Part shown: positions 1-12,815 of the stretch, in pieces
Numbering within the stretch: position 1 is the stretch's first letter
How the letters are laid out: the number at the start of each line of letters is the position of its first letter
Origin: Haliotis rufescens
Lineage: Eukaryota
Direction: 5' to 3'
DNA length: 64,000 bases
Assembly: GCF_023055435.1 (NCBI RefSeq)
Contig: NW_025964001.1
Coordinates: 40,052,001 to 40,116,000 of the forward strand
Translations under genes and position numbers: made by a program
Notes under the pieces: generated by a model
Databases searched by the model: none
Told to the model about the DNA's origin: nothing
The model's input: the letters and a program-made list of their open reading frames with translations, nothing else

Positions 1-249
1 CTCTAAAGTTGTCTGAACAGGGTAACACTATTTAAAACCTTAGTAAAGATTTCAAAATGGTTCTTGGTAGACGTGGGGGACATTTCCAAATTTGACGCGT
101 CAGTGACACAAATGATATCCGATGCAAATCCCTATTTGACTTGTAATATGTACCCGTGTTTTTTAGGAAATAATTGATTTGACTTTGCATGTGTTTGTGA
201 CGAGTACAACTGCTGGGACAGGATGCGGTCATCTTTTCGCGAACACCAT

Positions 250-615
250 GTGGCCCTTGGCTGGTGTCATCACTATTTGACGTTGATTCATAAACACATG
301 TTTATGATATAGTCGGATGTGTACAATGCACTCTTGTGCATATTTACCCTCATCGTTATCAGGTATGTACAGTATATGGACAGGCATCGTGATCCCTGAC
401 ATTAAAATGTGTAGATCTTTTCAACGCCGGTCTTCTATTGTAGTCATCGTCCAGTAACGGATATTTTGTCTGAAAAAAATGCTGTTCAAACTTGTGTCAA
501 TGGAAAATACATCCATAATCGTAAAACAAAAAGCTCCATTGTACGATTCCGACTACACCAAAAGCATGTGTTTATGAATCACTGTCAAACAGAAATGACA
601 TCAGCCGAGGGCCAC
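250..615. mobile_element. MITE-like element with ~50-bp imperfect inverted termini
   Basis: gtggcccttggctggtgtcat...gattcataaacacatg (250-300) is an approximate reverse complement of catgtgtttatgaatc...atgacatcagccgagggccac (565-615). Confidence 0.6.
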
Positions 616-958
616 TACATCGTTGTTTAAGTCAAAATGGAGAGCTGAACGTGAACACCATATTATATAATGAACAGATGGCCACAGGGTATGACCTGGC
701 TGATTGTGTACTATCGTACTCTGATAGCGTAAAGGTGCTTATGTTGTCGATCACTGGTTTGCCTAACACAGACTCTGGGCATTACATGACTCCGTACAAT
801 AGCTGGATTATTACTGGCCGCGGCGTAAAACAGCATTCATTCACTCACTTTGAATATCATCCTTGACATGGAAACACCATCACATATTGTATAATACGCC
901 CAACATAGCCATTGTTCTCCAGACCAGTATCACCTTTGGGAAGGTCACGAAGCTTGCC

Positions 959-1234
959 GGGGGCGCGGGTGGACCAGTCGTCTAAGGCGCCGCGATTCGC
1001 TGTGCAGAGTTGCGTCCCTTGGGTACGCCAGAAATCTTTGATTGTTGGTTCGAATCCCGGTTTGCCCCTATTATGTTTCTAGGTATGTCAGCACCATACC
1101 CGTGCTCCTGGGTTTCACCGAACTGGTAAACGTCTGAGACCTGCATCACTTCGGGCTTTCCTCCCACATTAAGCTGACACGCCGTGATATAGCTGAAATA
1201 CTGTTAAAAGCGTCGTTAAACCCAACTCACTCAC
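959..1234 (+). mobile_element. tRNA-derived SINE family A, full length, (TCAC)n tail
   Basis: A-box-like TGGACCAGTCGTCTAAGG and B box GGTTCGAATCC; flanked by TSD tcaYgaagcttgcc (945-958 / 1235-1248); further copies near 11780, 31363, 49075, 50776, 51690 and 53914. Confidence 0.9.
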
Positions 1235-3687
1235 TCATGAAGCTTGCCACACATTCGTGATGTCATCTGACAGGTTTAGGCTGCCAGAGTGTTGGGATAC
1301 TGTCGTCAGTCAGTGTGAAAGTATACGAGTAAACGTAGTGGAAGCGCTATGACCGCTTTGTGATTTGTTTGTTTGTTGCTTAACGTCGCACTCATCAGTA
1401 TTCCGGCTATATGACGGCGATCTGTAAATAATCGAGTGTGAAACGAGACAGGAAAATGTTCCACAATACAATGTTAGCGATTAAACGATCGCAACTGCCA
1501 TACAACGACAGTTGGTAGTGCTATGATCGCTTCGTGAAACTGATCTGTATTTTCAGGCCCGCCAACACTTTATACCCGCAAACGTCTTCGTGTACCTTGG
1601 CGTACTCGTCTTTCAGAGACCTGTGAACTCCTTCAACGCATACATCGTAGTTAATCGCAGAACTATACAGCCACCCCTTGAATGTAGGATATTGATGTTT
1701 TAGACTGCAATCGAATTGGGGACCCTGTGCTGTCTTTCCAACTGTGGTCGTGAACACCAAAGCGACATCGTTCACTTGACATCAGCATCGTGAACACCAA
1801 ATGGCGGGGTTACTCTATCCAACCAGATTGGACCAGATGGTCAGGCTCTTTGATTGTGTGTTATTGTACCTCGACGACATAGGACGTTGTTCATGATATC
1901 AACCCTGGTTTGTCTGACCGACTCAAATATTAACAGGCCCCCGTGATATAGCTGGAATATTCCTGACTTTTAAAACAACAAACAAAGGAATAAGCCCTTA
2001 TTTCAGTCACAGAATGATTAAAATCTTTGGTCAATAAAAAACATGTCGGAGATATTCTAAATCAATATGTACAATTCCCCTCCTTCAACCCTTCTCCCTC
2101 GATATCCTCCTCCAACCCTCATCCCTCGATACCATCCATCAATCCCCTCCCTCAATCATCTTCAACCCCCGTGTATCCCCATCCAACACTGCCCGTCTAA
2201 ATCAGTGTGCCATCTTCCTGAGTGTGCCCAGTTTCTGCCCTGAAAGTCATTCCCCTCGATGCTCATAAATAAATTAGTCTCGTTTTCCCAATTAGCAAGT
2301 CAAACCCCCCTTATTTACGCAATGGGCCTGTCCTTGGTCAGTGCGTGTTTAGGCCGCGGTATCCATGGAGGTGCGTCAGTATTGTCCTCATGTCCGGTCA
2401 CTCGACCGCGGGCGCTGAATCACCATGGATGCTCCCCACAGCTGTATAAGGGAAAATAATCACATCTCGGACTTGACAAAGAGTATTGGCAAAAAAATCG
2501 CCATCACATCACGGATTTAATGAGTGCATTGGCGTGCTCGGACTCTTCTCTATATGGCCAGTAATCGATAGTACGCTGGACCAGGGGCCGGTACAGTCCC
2601 GCCGTGGCCACATGGACCTCCGCTGACGTAACTCCGTAATGGCGTAAGGCTGAATAGCGGTAATTGACAGTGGTCGCCCAGTAGTGCTTATTGATATTGT
2701 GTCTACAGGGCGAGATCGATGATCACATTATGACGGATTATCAACAGAGGCCACGTGTTAAATCTTTGTGTAATGACCCTTGAAGGCTTTGTCGACTCTG
2801 ACGGTAGGTTTACGCCGAAGCAGCTCAGTGTGTCGAATGAAAGGTACTATTCAGGTGACCAGTGGTCAGTCAGTAGGTGGTATAACGTGATATATTGTCC
2901 ATTGACGGCATACCACGCGTACAGATCCACGAGACGGGTCAACAGTGCCCGAAGGTCAATGATTGATTTTACTAATGGCTTACGTCATTGGAAGATAACG
3001 TCATATCGCTGTTAATCAGCAGAATGGCTGTGGAATTGATCAGAAGAACATTAGTTTACAGTCATTCATTCAGAGCTCTGGACACAACGTGTTTATGGAT
3101 TATGTATATATAAGGAACGTCAAGGCCAACACAGATATGTATAACTCCTCCACAGAACGAGGCCATATACGGTTAGACTTGCTCAAGGCGTGAATTATTA
3201 CTTTAAATAATAATTTCTAGATTATATAACAAGTTGACCCTATAAAAGACTGGCGTTCTTAGAGAGTACTGTCCGCTTATCTAGACTTGCCTATTGTAAG
3301 GATAAAATTACTAAACACCTATAGACTTCTCATTCAGTGCAGCTTTGGAGAAAGGCTAGGATACGGTGAAATAAAACGAGAGCACATATTGAGTAAGACT
3401 TTCAAATAATCGACAATTTATCGGACGATCTGGTTACAGAACAATTAGATCAACATTGTCGTAAATTACATCGCAAGTGTGTGTTTGTGGGACTCTTGTG
3501 ATCAGTCGTGTAGAAACTTAGGTTGCTTTGACCGACTGAAACAGAGATGTGTACATTAGTCAGACGTTCGTACCGGTCGAATATACACTTAACAATGTTA
3601 CATCTATATTGACACACAGAGATGACGTGTTTGAACAAAGGAGTTGTGGTAAACATGGTCTTGTGTCGGCGTTCGTCTGACGTCCCC

Positions 3688-3864
3688 NNNNNNNNNNNNN
3701 NNNNNNNNNNNNNNNNNNNNNNNNNNNNNNNNNNNNNNNNNNNNNNNNNNNNNNNNNNNNNNNNNNNNNNNNNNNNNNNNNNNNNNNNNNNNNNNNNNNN
3801 NNNNNNNNNNNNNNNNNNNNNNNNNNNNNNNNNNNNNNNNNNNNNNNNNNNNNNNNNNNNNNNN
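3688..3864. other. Assembly gap (N run)
   Basis: Run of n; followed by a Meta-type SINE fragment (3865-3940). Confidence 0.99.
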
Positions 3865-6800
3865 CCAGACAGGGTAACAACAAGTACTGTATTTTGGTAT
3901 GACGTAGCAGGGATCGAATCCCCTACTTTCCGTAGTCCGGGCCTGGTTTGGAAAGGTTAGGACTTCTAAATGGTTAAACTTTGAAAAGCCGTTAACATCT
4001 GCTCCTATATAATTAACTGGTAGAATAAACTGGCGTTACCTATTTAAAGTCTTTTCATTTCCTTTAGGGAGTGGGGATATCAATATAACCCCGCTGTAGC
4101 ATTGTCGTAGAACATAAGAACGCTGACAAAGTATCGAACCGAGTTACAAGCGAACACTTTCCCCACAAGGCTACCCTAATCTTAACTCAAGAGATGGACC
4201 ACTCGAGTGACAAACTACATCATTCGCACACGCAACATCTATACACACGCAATCAACGCACTGACACGAAGGCAACACGCACACACACACACACGCAACA
4301 TTTCTAACGTGTTGCTTGACAGAGCATTTCCCAGATAATGCTTGATTTCCGCCACATTTCCCCGCGAGGCCGCGTTTGTCCACTAACCAAAACGTCCCCC
4401 ATCACATGCTAACCTAGAAACACCAGCCTGTACACTGTGGCAGGTGTGCATTGATCGCTCACCAAGCCCCGTCCATGTCATCAGCCCAGCACAGCCCGTC
4501 AGCGTGCTCCCTATACATGAGGTTTACAGGGTATTCCCAGTAGGCAAGCATTCCATTTTCTTAGTGAATCCACTGGTATAGTGGTGGTGTGTACACACAT
4601 CAACAAAATATTAGAAATAGAATTAAACCATCAATGTCAGAATGTCATAAGTCATACATGCATGTATGAATTCAAAAGACCTAACGCAGACGCTTATACC
4701 AGCAGCATCATCAAATATGAATACATATTAAAAGTGCAAACGTTTTCGCCGTTCAAACATCACAGCCTGGCCAATGGGCTCGTTTTTGCGAAGAACATGA
4801 AAACTTATCAATAGTTCCTATCTTTAACGCCATAAAACTACGATTTCGTTTTATTGTATTATCATGAACAAACAGGGCGTCTATATCTTTCTGTGAACAC
4901 GAATTTCTACCGTTTTCCTCTTCTGGTATGAGTTTAAGCCAACATGACAGGGATAATGTTACAGCCATTAAACGGTTCCAAAACGTTGTATTTCTGTATA
5001 TTATCGGTAATTGGCTATTTGTACTCGACTATATGTTACCTTGGTGACCTGCGCTGCCAGTGTCCTTCAGAATCCCAACTGGCGTGATGCTAAACTATGA
5101 CGTTACATGACCTGTATTAACGTGGCTGTTGTATATTATGCATATGCTCACATTTACGTTTTATATGAAGTATTAACGATGTATGTGATGCATCAGAGAT
5201 GGAATCGAAGTCCATTTACTGGACATAAATCATTCAGTCAGATTCCCCATAGATAAAACTCTAGCCTCGATATATAATTCACTGGCTGTTTCTATATGTT
5301 ACACAATAGACATTCTCCACTATATCGCCCAATGTTTATGTCCGTTGTATATTGATAAAGCAGGTTACATGCTGCCCACGTCAATGTTCAATAGGCAACA
5401 CGGGGGACAATGGTGAAGAAGCAGGCTATCCTGAATTAAACTACTTTTCCTATCGGGTTATACGCGCGACACTGGCCATGCGCCACGACCTCATCCAGGA
5501 ACGCATTCAACACGCCGACATTAGGCAACAGCGGGCTTTTATGACGAAATAAAACTAAATTGAAGCTCATTGTTTGTTAGAATCAATGGTATTCAAATAA
5601 GCTTAGCTGCTAGCCGTTTGGCTCCCCGTGCTGAGATCTGAAGAAGCTGACAATGAAAGGGAGATAATCTACGGTTACTGTTATATGATTATGATTCATA
5701 CCATCTTCCACGGCAGTCGGCCGTCTCTGGTTCAATCCCCTTTAATTTTGCGTGACTGAGTTGCAGAAGGAGGTATTTGACTTTTATTCTAAAGGTTTTA
5801 GAAGACAGCAAATTGTGGTTATACCTAGCTATACTACCATAACAGTTTGTCCTAACTCGTAAACAATATTTCTAAATATGGTAATAAATGTTGCATTTTA
5901 AAAGAAAATCGACAATATGCCAAGAAAACAATTCTTTCTTATATCGGACGATCACGCCATGTAAGTCAGTACAATATGGCTACATATGTTAAATCATACA
6001 TCGTACATAAAGATTTCATAAGTAACTAACTACATCAATGCCAATATGTACATCAAACACGTATCTAGTGGTAAAACCCGGACACACGTTGTATTCAAAA
6101 CCCGGATCGAACCTTCTGATTAGGGAACACCGCTCAGACATGGGTTTTAGCTGCATTTACACCCTAGTCCGTATTAGTTGATATGTGGCTTTTTATGTCG
6201 CCCTGTAAACATGGTGTGTTTTTGTATTACATGCCCAATGCCAGAGGGTTTCGACAGGGATCCTGTACTCTCAGTGCTGGGATCAGAGGGTGGGTCCTGC
6301 CCAATAAAGTGTTGCCGGCGTCTCATCTGTTCCAGACTGATTGCGTTTTACTTGAGGACGGTTATTATCTGCAGTGGTTGTAGTGTTTTATCAATGACTT
6401 AATGAAGCTGGAGCGGACACACAAATCAATGGCCGGCCACTAACGAGAGACCGGCAGGCGGAACTCGCTGTAGATATGTTGTCAGGCAAATATTACCAAC
6501 TGTCGTCAGGATGAGAAGTGATACGGAAAAAAACGGTATAGATTTATCATAACATGGTTCTAAGTTGATGCGTTACAGTTTTTGGCTTGATGAGAGATCG
6601 GCAGTACACTATAAGATACAGACGATGCGGACAGAGAGGCGCTCAATACAAATTATAAATCCATAGCGCTATGGAAATGTTCAGTGTTATTGAGTAGTCA
6701 TGAGACTCGCCACAAGAAAGATGCTTTGTCCACTCATAGAACTGGAGTACTTTATTGATTCATTTGTGTATTATTCTTAGATTTACTTTAAAGATTTCCG

Positions 6801-7068
6801 ATGCATCTTGTATATTCCAGCTTTTGACCCAAAGCCCTGACTTAACGATCACAGCGTTCGTCACAGAAGATCTCTTCACTGTGACGGACTGTCACGAAGG
6901 CGTGGCGACGGTCAGTGAGGAATGAATGAATGAAGAAGCAAAGACTAAAGATGAACATGTAATGATTATTAATGTTATTGCCTGCGCTTTACGATATTAA
7001 TATAATGAAAGATGTGTCACTAAGTCACATTTGGGGAAGGACATGCGGAGTAAAGGCTTTAAAAGATA

Positions 7069-7800
7069 GACAGAAGAGCTAAGTACTGTAAAGGAAAGAG
7101 AGAAGGGTAATGTACTTCAAGGGGAGGACAGAAGGAGTGAGAACATTAAGAGATGGACAGAAGGGCTAAGTACTGTAAAGGAAAGAGAGAAGGGTAATGT
7201 ACTTCAAGGGGAGGACAGAAGGAGTGAGAACATTAAGAGATGGACAGAAGGGCTAAGTACTGTAAAGGAAAGAGAGAAGGGTAATGTACTTCAAGGGGAG
7301 GACAGAAGGAGTGAGGACGTTAAGAGATAGACAGAAGAGCTAAGTACTGTAAAGGAAAGAGAGAAGGGTAATGTACTTCAAGGGGAGGACAGGAGTGAGG
7401 ACGTTAGGAGATAGACAGAAGAGCTAAGTACTGTCAAGAAAAGAGAGAAGGGTAATGTACTTCAAGAGGAGGACAGAAGGAGTGAGGACTTTAAGAGATA
7501 GACAGAAGGGCTAAGGTACTATAAAGGAAAGAGAGAAGGGGAAGGCACTTCAAGGCAGAAGGGTTAGGTTCACTAATTCAAGAGAAAGACAGAAGGGATA
7601 TTTACTTTAAGGGAAAGAAGAAGGCACAAGTATCTTAAGGGATAGACAGAAGGGATATATACATTGAAGACAAAATGGGTTTAATTGAAAGATAAGGAGG
7701 ACTTATTACATTAAGGAAAAGACAAGAAGGGCTCATCACATTAAGGGATAGACAGAAGGTATAAATAGACAGAAGGGATGTGTACTTTTAGGGATAGACT
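7069..7800. repeat. Purine-rich minisatellite, 87-bp unit made of three diverged 29-mers
   Basis: aagtactgtaaagg recurs at 7081, 7168, 7255...; about 5.5 units, then degenerate 29-mers. Confidence 0.9.
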
Positions 7801-9551
7801 GAATGTAGTTTAAGGACGGAACACGAAAACAGAGAGACAACAAGAGGGAGGAGCTGAAGGGACACACATAATAAACCCGGAATAAATGATTGACAAAAGG
7901 TTTGAGAACAAGAGGAGAGTTTTTATTGTCACGGGCTGGCAGCGATCCAGACCTATAATCTAGGTGTAAATTTTGTCAGTGTTGCTATATCTCCGATAAT
8001 ATCACATTTAATGCCACACAGTGCCACTCGTTTTCTTCTCATAATCCATGTCAGGTTAGGTTTACTACTAATTGTCAGTCTTAGGCTGGCATCGTCACGT
8101 GTCAGCGATCCAGCTGCCGCCGCAGCTAACATCATTTGATCAGATTTTCAGATCATAAAACAGTACCTAAATATTCCCTTACGCTGAATATATCTAAATA
8201 GTTTACACCTAAACACGAACATACACAGTCTGGTTGGAAATTACAGCGACTAGACTCTCCGACCATTGATAAATGTCGATCAGTGAGGCTGTGCATACTG
8301 AAACCTCGTTTATCCGAACATCTAGTTCCGGGTGAAATTATGGGCGCGTCTATGTATGGTTAAACGGAGACCACTACGGAGAAATTATTCTTTTATCCGG
8401 ATACGTGTTAATTCAGTTTTATTAGCCAGTGTGATAAGCATAAAATCGAACCCCGTTAATCCAGGTAAAAGTGAATGCCAATTACACAGGACAGTAAGAG
8501 TGAAACCGGATTAACGGGTTTTTTAAAGGAGGTTGAACTGTTTCCTTATCTCAAGGGCCACGTAAGTCCAGATTAACGGGTTTTGCCGTAAGCTTATCTT
8601 GGGGTCTTATCTCAACTAGCAGCTTCACAAATTGTAAACTTGTATGGTCGGGAATGAGAAAGAATCCGAGGGTATGTGTGGCAGGAGAACCCGCTCACTA
8701 CCAGTTCTTTGAAATATCAAAAGAAAGTAAAGTCATATGACAAAAAAGATGTTATGAAAGATTAACAATAGTCCTATAAGTAAAAGCGGGTGTTAGTTAA
8801 CTTCTTTTAAAGTCATATGAAAAAAAAAAAATCTATGTTGGGTGTTCTTTAACTTCTTTTGAGTAGCATACGCCATCATACATTGTAGTGGGCTTCATAA
8901 TTCATAGTGCGTCAAATCAGGTAGTGATAAGAGTACCATCATAATCAGTTGGTACATCTACATTTTATTGAGCGTTCCTGCATATTAAACATGAATAATT
9001 CATTCAGTCCAGTTATCAGTCCATCCTATCAAGGCGGGTCTGATAGATTGACCACGTTCCCATGACGGGGCAGCTGTACAGGTAGGATAATCTGGACATT
9101 AACACACATCCCAGCGTCCATCACACGCCTGGGTGAGTCATCTAGCACCACCCAGCGTTCTGCGTGACCAGGTAATGACCACCTCTGGCCAGCACGCTCA
9201 CGTTGCCCCAGGTGCTTGCTGTTGATGAAGATATGATTGGTCGTTTGTGATTGGGGTCATCATGACAACGTCCCAGCCAGGTAAGATCATAGGTAGTGAT
9301 CAATCACCATTGCCGTCCTCCGAGAGCTTTTTAAGTAGCTTCAGTGTGATGCTGACGACGATTAACCTCATTTCTTATGTTTCCTTTCGTCCAGTGACGT
9401 CTCATCCTTGTTATTCCAACGTGTCTGCTAATCAATACGACGTCTCTGCTAATCCGTGCGACGTCTCCACTCCGACCTTATTAAACCACTATCTTTGTAC
9501 AGGTATTCTTTAATCTGAGGCAAGTGACTTTGTGCGAAATATGACTTTGTT

Positions 9552-9735
9552 CACCCAACAGTTAATGGGTACCCGGTAGGATGATATTAATAATAAGGCT
9601 ATTTATATAGCTCAAAGTCAACATCAATGAGGGACATGCTCAATGCGCAATGGTGAAATGGTGATGTGACTGTTCACCGTCTAGCGCCTCACAGGCAGCT
9701 TGGGTTGTATACTCCCCAGGGAGCTGAGAAAGAAA
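9552..9735 (+). mobile_element. Degenerate Nin/Deu-type SINE remnant
   Basis: aatgggtacccggtaggatg...gcagcttgggttgtatactccccagggag; related pieces near 12860, 43560, 43980 and 47900-48100; family assignment from recalled motif only. Confidence 0.45.
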
Positions 9736-9829
9736 ATGGAGTACAACGATTTGGCTGTATGTTGGGGGTACATTTATAACGCTAATTGCCATTACGTGCA
9801 TGTTCGGTGTACGGTTTTCGGTAGGACGT

Positions 9830-10299
9830 TTTGTTTGTTTGCTTTTGTTTTGTTTAACGCCGCACTCAGCAATATTCTGGACAAGACAATCCAGTGATTG
9901 GCATCACGAGCATCGATCCACGCAACTGGGATACGATGACATGCATTAACCATGTCGGCGAGGCTGACCACCCGATCCCGTTAGTCGCCTTTTGCGACGA
10001 GCATAGTCGCCTTTACGGCAAGCATGGCTGGTTGGTTGGTTGGTTTGTTGTTTAACGCCGCACTCAGCAATATTCCAGCTATATGACGGCGGTCTGTAAA
10101 TAATCGAGCCTGGACCAGACAATCCAGTGATTGATATCATGAGCATCGATCCACGCAATTGGGATCGATGACATGTATCAACAAAGTCAGTGAGCCTGAC
10201 CCCCCGATCCCGTTAGTCGCCTTTTACAACAAGCATCGTCGCCTTTTACGGCAAGCATGGGTAGCTGAAGACTTATTCTACCCCGGATCCTCACGGGTC
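9830..10299 (-). mobile_element. SINE-like family B, partial dimer bounded by one TSD
   Basis: Two successive copies with (AAAC)n tails; cggtaggaMgt duplicated at 9819-9829 and 10300-10310. Confidence 0.85.
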
Positions 10300-10592
10300 C
10301 GGTAGGAAGTGACAACACGGAGTCGGTAGCATGGGTTATAAACAAATTTGCTTTATATATATACACACAAATAGATATGTGTTTTAAACATATTTATTCC
10401 CCAAATACATTTGAAACTGGACTACCAGCAGATATGTACAAGAAGCACAATGTGCCGGGTTAGCACATGATGGTCGTAGTGGGTTGTTGGTGCTCCGGAA
10501 CACCTAGCCTTATGCTAGCAGGCTAAGGGTAAGACCTTCTCTCTTCGTCTCTGGACCAAGGCTGACATGGATGAAGTCATACAAATAACAGT

Positions 10593-10756
10593 AGTGAGTG
10601 AGTATGATTTTACGCCGCTTTTAGCAATATTCCAGCAATATCATGGTGGGGGACACCAGAAATGGGCTTCACACATTGTACCCATGTCGGGAATCGAACC
10701 CGGTTCTTTGGCGTGACGAGCGGACGCTTTAACCACTAGGCAAAAACACCGCTCCC
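10593..10756 (-). mobile_element. Short tRNA(Asp-like)-derived SINE family C
   Basis: Reverse complement of the copy at 58396-58556; B box and (TCAC)n tail. Confidence 0.85.
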
Positions 10757-10915
10757 TGACATATAACAGTCAGTAATGAGGAGGGACATAATTGCACAGA
10801 TTGTCCATTGCTGGTCACAACCTCATCCACAAATATTCGTGCTGTAGAAATCGAATCTTGACCAGACAAACATGTGGCTAATAACATGAACACCTATGCC
10901 CTTCAGACACGATAG

Positions 10916-11117
10916 TAGTCTGTCTTACAGACCCTGATACACATATATATCAAATACAGCCCATGCAAGTCTATAGTGTTTGGCAAGTCTAGATTACTGC
11001 AATAACTGAAAATGAAGAGAGTCACTGGGTTCCCTTCTATTATATTTTTATCAAGATAACTGAACAACTGTTTTTTTCTGTACGCTATGTTCATTTCAGT
11101 GACTAGATGTTAGTCTA
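10916..11117. mobile_element. ~200-bp non-autonomous DNA transposon, TAG...CTA ends, 9-bp TSD (Academ-like)
   Basis: TSD acacgatag at 10907-10915 and 11118-11126; second copy at 29887-30087. Confidence 0.8.
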
Positions 11118-11599
11118 ACACGATAGCGACAATCTGCCATGGCACCTATTGTTTCCACCCACTCCCCGTTTTCATCAGCTCCTAAGGCAATAATAAGTAC
11201 AATACTGGGTACCTACTGTCCATCATGAGGTGAGTGTGTGTTTGAGGCTTATGTCTGCTTTTGGCTCTCAGGGGCGAAGTGCAGTCAAAGATAAGATAAG
11301 ATAATGAATTATTATTTTTTAAAGGCTCACACTCAGTAGAGGCACTGGTGGCCCAGTCGTGTCCAACTCGTGTTATTCCGGGACAAGCCGAATAGCGACT
11401 CGTGCCCCTCTCGTGGCCATTTTTGTGACCGGGTTCCGCCTTAGCGCAAACGGGCATGCCTAAAACAATTGTAAACTCGTTGCGTAATGGTTCACATATT
11501 ATTTCCCAATGTATTATATATATTTCAGATGCAATTTAAAACACATTGGGACGTGCGGGATTATACAGTATGACTGAACACATTTAACTGTGTCTTGGG

Positions 11600-11779
11600 T
11601 ATATTTCTAGATGCAAGATATGTAAAATCAAAAATTATTTCTGAGGGATTCTTTGACGAAGAACTTGAAATCATACGCGCATTCTGATTGGTTTGTCGTA
11701 TTTTCGCACATAACATTCACCGATAGGGGGGCGAGACTTCTTGCAGGTTACGGAAAGGGGCGAGTGGTGACGAATGACT
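11600..11779. repeat. Interspersed repeat fragment, unclassified
   Basis: Reverse-complement copy at about 23263-23430 (gtcattcgtcaccactcgcccc...). Confidence 0.65.
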
Positions 11780-12050
11780 GGTGGCCCAGTCGTCTAAGGC
11801 GCCGCGACTCGCTGTGCAGAGTTGCGTCCCTTGGGCACGCCAGAAATCTATGATTGTTGGTTCGAATCGGTTCGCCCCGATTATGTTTCTAGGTTGGTCA
11901 GCACCATACCTGTCCTCGTGGGTTTTCATCGAAGTGGTAAACGTCTGCGACCTACATCACTTTGGGCTCTCCTCCCACATTAAGCTGACACGCCGTGATA
12001 TAACTGGAATACTGTTAAAAGCGGCGTTAAACCCAACTCACTCACTCACA
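11780..12050 (+). mobile_element. SINE family A
   Basis: Close match to 959-1234, ends in (TCAC)n. Confidence 0.9.
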
Positions 12051-12413
12051 CTCAATAACATACACCAGACATTCAATCACACAAATGGATTGGCAGTAGC
12101 GGTCAGGTATGTGGGGTTGCCTATCGCGCATAAACTTAGGTTTGAACCTCATGCGTGTTTATTCCAGGGTCTTTGTGTCTCCTCGCTGTTATAAGTCTGT
12201 GTTAAATTCAACTACACAATCCACCTGTGATATTTTTTTAAATGTGAGTGCAAGATGCTGAATCGTTCAAAAGCTACGTAGTGTCGAATCCGTCATGGCT
12301 ATACGTTCCATGGCTACACTGTCGATAAAGATAAATTGTAATGTTAAAAAGTCAAATAAAAGGTGAGTATTGTAGTCAACAAACTGAAAAAGTTGGAGGA
12401 ATGATGTTGGATG

Positions 12414-12536
12414 ATAAATAAAATCTCACTCTTGTGTCTTTTGATATCAAATATATCAACACTCGTTGATAAAAGAGTTTTCCCACTTTTATCAACTTGT
12501 GTTGATATATTTGATATCAAAAGACACTCGGGTGAG

Positions 12537-12587
<51 letters not shown>

Positions 12588-12590
12588 TTA
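12414..12590. repeat. ~120-bp palindrome (MITE-like) abutting (CT)n(TA)n microsatellite
   Basis: aatctcactcttgtgtcttttgatatcaaatatatcaacac...gtgttgatatatttgatatcaaaagacactcgggtgagatt. Confidence 0.8.
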
Positions 12591-12737
12591 TATATATATA
12601 TACCCTTGTATATTGCTAATCACCTATCAGCGCCAAATATATGTTGGCTTCTCTAGTTAATTTCCAGCTTTTGTTGTTCTTATTAATTTTGTTGATCTTA
12701 CATGTACATATATACGCTCTCTGTCTCATGGCATTCA

Positions 12738-12815
12738 TTTACCTGATGAAGGAGTAAGCATGTACTCCTAAACGTTGTGTTCCTCATAATAAAGAAGTTG
12801 ACATCCATAAAATCT
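12738..12815 (+). mobile_element. Penelope-like element 3' end with degenerate minimal hammerhead ribozyme
   Basis: CTGATGA (12743-12749), stem ggagta/tactcc, TAAAC in place of GAAAC, GTT, then AATAAAGAAGTTG..ATCCATAAAA as in the copies at 23.5 and 27.2 kb. Confidence 0.7.
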
